From assembly GCA_015490555.1 (NCBI GenBank), contig WFXO01000029.1:2024-66023 (forward strand): a stretch of DNA of 64,000 bases, read 5' to 3'. Position numbers and translations under genes: made by a program. Of the stretch, positions 37,333 through 44,325 are shown one piece after another (positions within the stretch are counted from its first letter, which is position 1; every line of letters starts with the position of its first letter). Origin of the DNA: a candidate division WOR-3 bacterium (GTDB taxonomy: Bacteria > Hydrothermota > Hydrothermia > WGAB01). Under the pieces are notes generated by a model, which was given only the letters and a program-made list of their open reading frames with translations, searched no databases and was not told the DNA's origin.

Positions 37333-40107
37333 TTACAACAGGTTTTTTGGAACCCAGAAGACGAATTGGAAGCGCCACTGTTTTTCCGTTGTCCACAAGG
37401 GGAAGACCACTTTGCCCCACGAACCTCCGAGGGTTATGCCTGCCTCGCTCCGTAGTTGATTCCATGGCGATTTGGGAAGGATTGTCCAGACATTTCCGAT
37501 CTGTCCATAGACCTCGACCCACCGAATGCGCAGAGCAATCCCTGCGACGAACTTGGCCGAACCTCGCTGGAGTTCTCCTGCGGATCCCCAAAGTCCTGGT
37601 CCGATACTAAGGTGGGTGCCGGATGGAGAAAACGACCCAGTGGAGGGAATCAGGAGCCCATACAGAGGAGGTTCTCGCGTTGCCCCCTGCAAGAGGAACT
37701 GTTCTTGCTTAGGAGCCTCTCCGAAAATAGCGCCTCCAAAAATCCAAGCGGAGACAGACCAAGGGAACCCGACGCTCCCCTTGATAAACCCCGTAACCTT
37801 TCGATACCGCCATCTTCCAAATCCCATGCTCCCCTTTCCGCGAAGGTGGAGAGTCCAAAACGGCTGACTTTTGGACCATCTATACAGGAAAGAAAGTCGC
37901 TGATGAATCCCGCGTTCAAAAATTTCGGTGTTATAAAACCGCAAATCTTGGATTGCCTCGTGGAACCATTCAACCGAAAGGCTCTGACGAGATGGGGTCA
38001 ACATACGAGAAAGAAAATTCCTCTGGAAATGGACACGGGCCTCGGATCCACCCGGCAGGAGGTTGATCTCCACTCCCCATCGGGCGAGTGTTTGAAACAT
38101 GGGTTCCTGCAAGGAAAAGGAGATCATCGGACGATGAGTTTTTAGACTGTATCCCAGCGAGAGGAGCAAGGTGTGTCGTAATAGCGCTTGGGTTCCAAAA
38201 AGAGCCACTCCCGGGACCCATCCGGTGGGGGAATCCCACGTGACCCAGGGGGTCCAGAAAAGCCAAAACGCATTCACTTGAAACGGCTTCAGGTGGAAAG
38301 CAGAACTCCAGAGAATCTTCCGGGGCAGTGCATTGTTCCATTCATCCGTCTCTGGCACCACATTGTGTGGATCGAGTTCAATGTGTGTGGGCGTAAAAGG
38401 GACCGTGATTCTGTTGGCGCTGGGATCCATAAGAACCACCGTGTCCAGTGTCTCCCCACGACCTCCCTGCAGGTTCAGCGATACTGGCAGGGGGAAGGAG
38501 ACCCCTGTTTGGACGGCCAACGTCGCCATTTCCTGCCCGTCTTGCAAGGCTTTTTCGACTTTTGCAACACGGAGATCCGGCTTCGGGGTCTCATAAAGCC
38601 AGGGCGAAAGGATTTGTCGAGCCGGGAAATCTACGTGTGCTTCCACCCAACGTAAAAAGTCCTCCGTGGTCACATGGTGGAACGCATAGGTTTCAAAGTA
38701 CCCCCTCATCAGGGAATCGAACGGTTCAGGACCCAAAATTTCCCATAGCATCCACAGAACCTTGGCTCCTTTTGTGTAGATATTGGTCCAATAAGAAGTT
38801 GCCTCATAGGCCTTTCTTCCAAGAATCGGTTCATCCCATGAGGAGTTCAATTGCCAATAGAGGCCGATTTCCTCGATCGCCTCCACGGGGTTGCCCTGGA
38901 AGAATTCCGTAATAGGATCGGAAAACCACGTCTTCTGTTGCTGCCGCCAATGCATATAACGTTGTTCTGCAAAGGTTGCAAACCCCTCATCCAGCCAAGC
39001 CTCATCCATCTCATTATTTCCCAAGATTCCATAGAACCATTGATGCGCAATCTCATGAACCACAACTGCTTCATAAAAACTTGGGACTTTCGATGCAAGT
39101 CCAGCAATTTTTGGGTCCAGAGAAATCAACACCAGTGTGGGATACTCCATCCCCGAGGAGATTCCAACGGTTCCGTTGACAATTTTGAGCGTAGAATAGG
39201 GGTAAGGGAAGAACCACTCACTGAATTTTTGGAGAATGCGTGGGACTTCATGCCGGAGCGAATCCCAGAGGGGTACATGGGCCACATCTCGACGGATGAA
39301 GAATTGGATCGAGGTATTTTGAAAAACCGTATCCCGAACCACGAAGGTTGAATCCGCAATCCAGGCAAAGTCATGGACCTGTTCCGCATGGAAATAAAGT
39401 GTTTTCCAGCGACCCACGTGATCTTCACCCACCTGTTGTCCCGTGGCTCCAACCTGAAAGGGTTCCGGCACGGTAATCCACACATCGTAGGTTCCATATT
39501 CCCCGTAGAACTCGCCGGTGGCATGATAACCGTCCGGATGCCACCAGCCCGAACGCCCCCGGTATTCAGACTCCGGAAGGCCTAATGGAGGGGCCACGGG
39601 GCGGTGAGAGTCATACACAGCCACCTTCGGGTACCACTGCGTTACCACAAACTGCCCCCGGTCATGTCCCATTCGAGAAAAGATTTTTGAAAGTTTGACC
39701 GTAAAGTGCATCGTAAAGGTCGTTGTGGAGCCCGGCAATAGGGGTTGGGGCAAGTAAACTTTCATCTCGGTGTCAACCACCTTTGTGGAACATGGCACTC
39801 CGTCTTGGGTCAATTGCGTGACTTCAATCCACCCTAAATCTTGTTCACGGGCGCGGAGTAACCGAAAGTTCCCCTCCTGAGCAGCCTCACGGGCGTAAAT
39901 GGACGTTTTCTGGTAGGCGTTCGGGTAAAGATGGAACCAAACGAAGGGAAGGGTATCCGGTGAATGATTGGTGTACACCAGTGTCTCCGTTGCCTCTATC
40001 AATGTAGAGTCGACGTTGAGCCGGACCTGAATTTGATACCGAACCCCCTGCTGCCATGAAACCATCCCTAAAGTGACGCCCCACCATATCACTCCCAAAA
40101 GCCCCAT
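37333..40107 (-). CDS. secreted M1-family metallo-aminopeptidase with long C-terminal extension
   Basis: Signal peptide, QWYPK, HDFAW, GMEYP, HEIAHQWF...WLDEG zinc motif, YTKG. Confidence 0.9.
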   Translation of the reverse strand: MGLLGVIWWGVTLGMVSWQQGVRYQIQVRLNVDSTLIEATETLVYTNHSPDTLPFVWFHLYPNAYQKTSIYAREAAQEGNFRLLRAREQDLGWIEVTQLTQDGVPCSTKVVDTEMKVYLPQPLLPGSTTTFTMHFTVKLSKIFSRMGHDRGQFVVTQWYPKVAVYDSHRPVAPPLGLPESEYRGRSGWWHPDGYHATGEFYGEYGTYDVWITVPEPFQVGATGQQVGEDHVGRWKTLYFHAEQVHDFAWIADSTFVVRDTVFQNTSIQFFIRRDVAHVPLWDSLRHEVPRILQKFSEWFFPYPYSTLKIVNGTVGISSGMEYPTLVLISLDPKIAGLASKVPSFYEAVVVHEIAHQWFYGILGNNEMDEAWLDEGFATFAEQRYMHWRQQQKTWFSDPITEFFQGNPVEAIEEIGLYWQLNSSWDEPILGRKAYEATSYWTNIYTKGAKVLWMLWEILGPEPFDSLMRGYFETYAFHHVTTEDFLRWVEAHVDFPARQILSPWLYETPKPDLRVAKVEKALQDGQEMATLAVQTGVSFPLPVSLNLQGGRGETLDTVVLMDPSANRITVPFTPTHIELDPHNVVPETDEWNNALPRKILWSSAFHLKPFQVNAFWLFWTPWVTWDSPTGWVPGVALFGTQALLRHTLLLSLGYSLKTHRPMISFSLQEPMFQTLARWGVEINLLPGGSEARVHFQRNFLSRMLTPSRQSLSVEWFHEAIQDLRFYNTEIFERGIHQRLSFLYRWSKSQPFWTLHLRGKGSMGFGRWRYRKVTGFIKGSVGFPWSVSAWIFGGAIFGEAPKQEQFLLQGATREPPLYGLLIPSTGSFSPSGTHLSIGPGLWGSAGELQRGSAKFVAGIALRIRWVEVYGQIGNVWTILPKSPWNQLRSEAGITLGGSWGKVVFPLWTTEKQWRFQFVFWVPKNLL

Positions 40108-40184
40108 GATGCTCCTCCGGCCAGATTTGTCTGCCTTTTCAAGTGTACAGAATTTTTCGGGATGATCCTACGGCTTCGGTGGGG

Positions 40185-41468
40185 TTAGAGCCCCGTTTTC
40201 AGTCGTAGAAACACAAAGGGATTCAACGAGGTTTTTTGGCTCTCCATCAGAACCTTTCCGCCCAAACGGACTCGGAGATAGGGGAAGGGATCCCAGATCA
40301 GCGTGAGCATGTGGACCTTCGATGTCTGTCCGGCTCGGTAACTAAACTGGGAGTAATGGTCGTACAGGAAGTCATAGACGAAGCGGGTATTTCGGATCCG
40401 ATAAAACGCACGGAAGAAAATGGAGTAATCCGTTGACCGATCGAGGTCTCTATCGGGCAAGTACTTTCCCTCAAAGCCCCAGGTCCCGAAGTCCGCTCCC
40501 AGAGCTCCTCCGATCAGATGGAGGGTCTCATACGAGAAATCCACAAGTTTTTGGGTGGTATCTTGGACCACGGTCCGGGGGTCCGGGTCTCGAAGCCAGG
40601 CCGCGTAGCCTTTCACGTAAAAGGGAGCAATCACAGTGGCTCGGACCGTTCCAGAGACCTTCCAGTTATGGGCACGCAACTGCGAATTCCAGTAAAAATT
40701 GGGATCAAATTTTTCAAACTCAACGGAAACGTAATCTTCCCCACGATACGTGTAACTCATTTCCAACTGATAATCGGGAATTTGCGCATAGGCATTGGCG
40801 TCCGGATTCGGGTTGATTGCGGGTGGATACGAATAGTGTTTATTCCGATAGCCGAATCGGAGGTACATGCGATATATGGGGAAGAAATACGCATCGATCC
40901 ACAAATTTGTACGGCGATAAAAGAGTTTATCGGTCTTGGCGTACCCCACATAGAGGTCTAAACGGTCCCACCCACCCCAAAACAGAGTTCCTGTCATCGA
41001 GTTCTGTGTGTAGTCGACTTCCCAGCCTCCGTAAGAGGCCATTACGTGGAGACTTCGTCGTAACCGTAGGTTCTGGAGATCGAACCTTGCCTCCTGGTCT
41101 GTGGGACGGTATTTAAGGACTTCCTCGAGGATCTTTTCCGCTTCATGGTACCGGCGCATCCACTTTAAGACCGTGGCCATTTGTTTCAGGATCTCTGGAT
41201 CCGGCTCAGGACTGAGATCTCTTGCTTTCTTGAAAAAGTGAAGTGCACGTTGAAGATCTCCTTGTTGTTTATGGAGTTTGCCCATCAGAAAAAGATACCG
41301 GGGGTTCCGGGGATCTTCCTCAAGCAGTTGTTGGAGAATTTCCAGGGCTTCTTGATACTGATGAGCGTTGAGGGCCTGGACAGCCAAGGATTCTTGATGA
41401 GATTTCTCTGAGGTCACAGAGCCCATTTGTGGGCCTTGTGTGAGCAACAGAAGAAGAAGCACCTTCAT
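40185..41468 (-). CDS. TPR + predicted outer-membrane beta-barrel protein (YaiO/PgaA-like architecture)
   Basis: Signal-like N-terminus, about 3 TPRs (residues 25-135), then about 285 aa of Tyr/Gly-rich alternating beta-strands ending FVFLRLKTGL; ATGA-coupled to the ATP-grasp gene. Confidence 0.65.
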   Translation of the reverse strand: MKVLLLLLLTQGPQMGSVTSEKSHQESLAVQALNAHQYQEALEILQQLLEEDPRNPRYLFLMGKLHKQQGDLQRALHFFKKARDLSPEPDPEILKQMATVLKWMRRYHEAEKILEEVLKYRPTDQEARFDLQNLRLRRSLHVMASYGGWEVDYTQNSMTGTLFWGGWDRLDLYVGYAKTDKLFYRRTNLWIDAYFFPIYRMYLRFGYRNKHYSYPPAINPNPDANAYAQIPDYQLEMSYTYRGEDYVSVEFEKFDPNFYWNSQLRAHNWKVSGTVRATVIAPFYVKGYAAWLRDPDPRTVVQDTTQKLVDFSYETLHLIGGALGADFGTWGFEGKYLPDRDLDRSTDYSIFFRAFYRIRNTRFVYDFLYDHYSQFSYRAGQTSKVHMLTLIWDPFPYLRVRLGGKVLMESQKTSLNPFVFLRLKTGL

Positions 41469-42394
41469 TCAGCACCTCCTTTCAGGGTCCAACGATACAA
41501 AGTTTCTAAAACTTCTGGGACATGGAGCACATTTGCCCCCACCCTGGCGTTGATTTCCAACACCTTGGGAGTGCCTTGTGCATCCCGCCGAATGTCCATG
41601 TCAATCGGTCCTTCCAGGGACAGGGCTTTGACAACGCGAACGGCCAAGTCATAGAGATCCTTTTCTTCCGGTGCTGGCTCAACAGCCAGGGCATTTCCCA
41701 CAATCCCGTCTTTCAGTTGGGTTTTCCGCAACACGCCGATCGCTTGGATTTCCCCTGCGGGGTATGCAAAAAGATTCACATCGAATTCCTCCCCTGCAAC
41801 GAATTCTTGATAAACAACCCCTTCTTGATTCTCTTCCTGGATTTTGCTTGGGGATCGGAAGACTTTGACCCCTCGGCCTCCCCGCCCAAACACCGGCTTC
41901 TGGACAAAGGGATATCCCAAAATCCTCCCGGCCTCGTGGGGGCCTCGGACTTCCTTCCAAAGCAGAGTCTTGGGGGCTGGAATCCCCAGTCGATGAAGCG
42001 CCTGGGCGGTCTTGTACTTGTTATTCACAATTTCCACCACTCGATAGGATGGGATAAACACGTGGACACCCAAGGCTCGAATTTTATTTCGCACAGAGGC
42101 AACCTGAGGGAGTTCCTCTGTTACCGTCGGGATCAATAGAGAAACTTCGTGGTCCGCGAGGAAAGAAAGGAGGAACTCCACAAACTCAGGGGTCTCCCCT
42201 GGAGGGACCTCCATCAGTTGGTGGACGGGCGCTTCCACTTCACGGATATCTGTACCGATCACATACCATCCTTTTTCCCGGAAAAAGAGGGCACTCGAAC
42301 GGCCGGCTGGTCCTCCTACCCCTGTAATCAGGACGGTTCGGGACGGTTCTTTGGGAGGGAGATGTCCTTGCATCTGGTTTGTTGTAGAATTCAA
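41465..42394 (-). CDS. ATP-grasp domain protein (PylC/CarB-like carboxylate-amine ligase)
   Basis: VLITGVGG, LIPTVTEEL, NKY, KPVFGRGGRGV, QEFVAGEEF, EINARVG; an alternative ATG start lies at 42373. Confidence 0.88.
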   Translation of the reverse strand: MNSTTNQMQGHLPPKEPSRTVLITGVGGPAGRSSALFFREKGWYVIGTDIREVEAPVHQLMEVPPGETPEFVEFLLSFLADHEVSLLIPTVTEELPQVASVRNKIRALGVHVFIPSYRVVEIVNNKYKTAQALHRLGIPAPKTLLWKEVRGPHEAGRILGYPFVQKPVFGRGGRGVKVFRSPSKIQEENQEGVVYQEFVAGEEFDVNLFAYPAGEIQAIGVLRKTQLKDGIVGNALAVEPAPEEKDLYDLAVRVVKALSLEGPIDMDIRRDAQGTPKVLEINARVGANVLHVPEVLETLYRWTLKGGAE

Positions 42395-42428
42395 TTCTGT
42401 AACAATTCCTTTCTTGTGGCAATTGAAT

Positions 42429-42442
42429 TGTATAATTATACA
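42429..42442. promoter_or_regulatory. perfect 14-bp palindrome carrying TATAAT on both strands (divergent promoter/operator)
   Basis: TGTATAATTATACA in the 95-nt AT-rich gap between divergent genes. Confidence 0.7.
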
Positions 42443-42489
42443 GTTGCAATTTGTTCACCGATGCGCATTGAACGATACGGAGGCAAACC

Positions 42490-44325
42490 ATGCAAATGTG
42501 GATCCTGGTTGCGGTCTTACTCCATGGGGTTCATGTGAAAACCCTTCAGGAAGGTCTGCAATTTTTAGAAGCCGGCCAATTTGGGAAAGCCGAACAGAAA
42601 TTTCAGGAAGTACTCTTAGAAAATCCCGATTATCTCCCGGCCTTGAAAGCCCTGGCTGAAGTCAAAATCCGATTAAATCAGTTACAAGAAGCCCGAGATC
42701 TCCTAAAGAAAGTCGTAACCCAAGACCCTCGCGATCTGGGGGCCATGGTGACTTTGGCGGATGTCTATTCATGGCTGGGAGACTATGACCGGTCTATTGC
42801 CCTCTACAAAGATGTCATCGAACAAGACTCCACCAATTTGGCCGCCTTAAAAGGTCTTGGACGTGTTCTTCGATGGGCGCAACGGTACGATGAATCCATT
42901 CATTATTATCGCAAGGTTTTGGAAGTTGAGCCCGATGACGTAGGAGCCCTCAAAGGCCTCGCGTTGAGTTATGCCCTTTACAAAAATTTCGATGAGGCCC
43001 TGAAATGGATTGAGAAGGCCGTTGAACTTTATCCGGACAACCCCGATGTCCTCAAAACCAAAGGGGATATCCTGGCCTGGAGCAATCATTTTAAGGAAGC
43101 CGAACGGGTCTATCGACTGGCCTTAAAAGTTTCTCCGAAGTCTCCGGATATCTATCAAAGTCTCGGAAGCCTCTACAAGTGGTGGGGCAAGTACACTCGG
43201 GCGGTGGAGGCTTACGAAAAAGCCTATAATCTCCAACCCAACAATCCACAAATCCTACAGGCCTTTGCACAAACTGCTCTCAAGGCGGGACAACTCAAAA
43301 AGGCGGAAACCGCCGCAGAGAAACTTCTCCAACTCGATCCACAGAACGAAACCGCGCTCAGTATCCTCCACACACTCCAGGCAGGACAGGGCATCACCTT
43401 TTACCACTTGATTGAAGAAGTGGTTGAACCGATCGTAATGATCACAACCCTTCTCCTCTTGGTCATCTACTTCCGTCGCCGTCAAGATATTCTTCGCCGT
43501 CGCCATCGCTTTTTCTGGATCTTCACCCACTGGGTTGTCCCCACCCTATTTCTTCTTTTGGTGATCGCCTTCTTCCTCCTGAAAGGCCTCAATCTGTGGG
43601 GATCCGACATCGCTATAGAAGTCATGGAAATTCTGATCTTCATCGTGCTCCTTTTAGGTGTTGCCACTCTGCTCTGGGTTTCACGAACACGGGAACGGGA
43701 AGTGGGACGCGCCGTGCTCGCGATCGGGGCTCACCCCGATGACATCGAACTGGGATGTGGGGGAACCCTGGCGAAATATAAAGATCTGGGATATAAGGTC
43801 TATGCAATGGTTATGACTTCTGGAGAGGAAGGAGTTCCGGATCCAGAAAAACACCGCGAACGGCAAAAGGAGGCGACCCAGGGCGCCCATATCCTGGGGA
43901 TCGACCAATTGTGGATTTACCGATTTAAGGACACCGAACTCTCCAAGCACATCAACGAGATGAAGAAAGAAATCGAGAAAAAAATCCAAGAGACCGGGGC
44001 CACCGTCATTATCACGCAATCTCCTTATGACACCCACCAAGACCATAAAGCGGTATTTGAAGCCACGAAGATCGCCGCTCGAGGCCCAAAAGTTCTCCTC
44101 TGTTACGAAGACGTCTCAACAGAACCCCACTTCGTTCCGAACTTTTTTGTGGATATCACCGAGTACATCGAGGACAAAATTGAGGCGATTCAACAACATC
44201 GAACTCAGCGAAATAAGTCCTACATGAATCCTGAGAATATCCGTGGGCGTGCCGCTCATCGAGGGCTTCAAGTGGGAGTGAAATACGCTGAAGCCTTCAT
44301 TTGCATGAAGTGGGTGGATACATGA
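42490..44325 (+). CDS. TPR-repeat / 3-TM / PIG-L (LmbE) N-deacetylase fusion protein
   Basis: Signal-like N-terminus, about 8 TPRs, three hydrophobic helices, then AIGAHPDDIELGCGG, TSGE, R..E, HQDH, FVDIT...K..AI..H.TQ and AEAF (PIG-L motifs). Confidence 0.88.
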   Translation: MQMWILVAVLLHGVHVKTLQEGLQFLEAGQFGKAEQKFQEVLLENPDYLPALKALAEVKIRLNQLQEARDLLKKVVTQDPRDLGAMVTLADVYSWLGDYDRSIALYKDVIEQDSTNLAALKGLGRVLRWAQRYDESIHYYRKVLEVEPDDVGALKGLALSYALYKNFDEALKWIEKAVELYPDNPDVLKTKGDILAWSNHFKEAERVYRLALKVSPKSPDIYQSLGSLYKWWGKYTRAVEAYEKAYNLQPNNPQILQAFAQTALKAGQLKKAETAAEKLLQLDPQNETALSILHTLQAGQGITFYHLIEEVVEPIVMITTLLLLVIYFRRRQDILRRRHRFFWIFTHWVVPTLFLLLVIAFFLLKGLNLWGSDIAIEVMEILIFIVLLLGVATLLWVSRTREREVGRAVLAIGAHPDDIELGCGGTLAKYKDLGYKVYAMVMTSGEEGVPDPEKHRERQKEATQGAHILGIDQLWIYRFKDTELSKHINEMKKEIEKKIQETGATVIITQSPYDTHQDHKAVFEATKIAARGPKVLLCYEDVSTEPHFVPNFFVDITEYIEDKIEAIQQHRTQRNKSYMNPENIRGRAAHRGLQVGVKYAEAFICMKWVDT

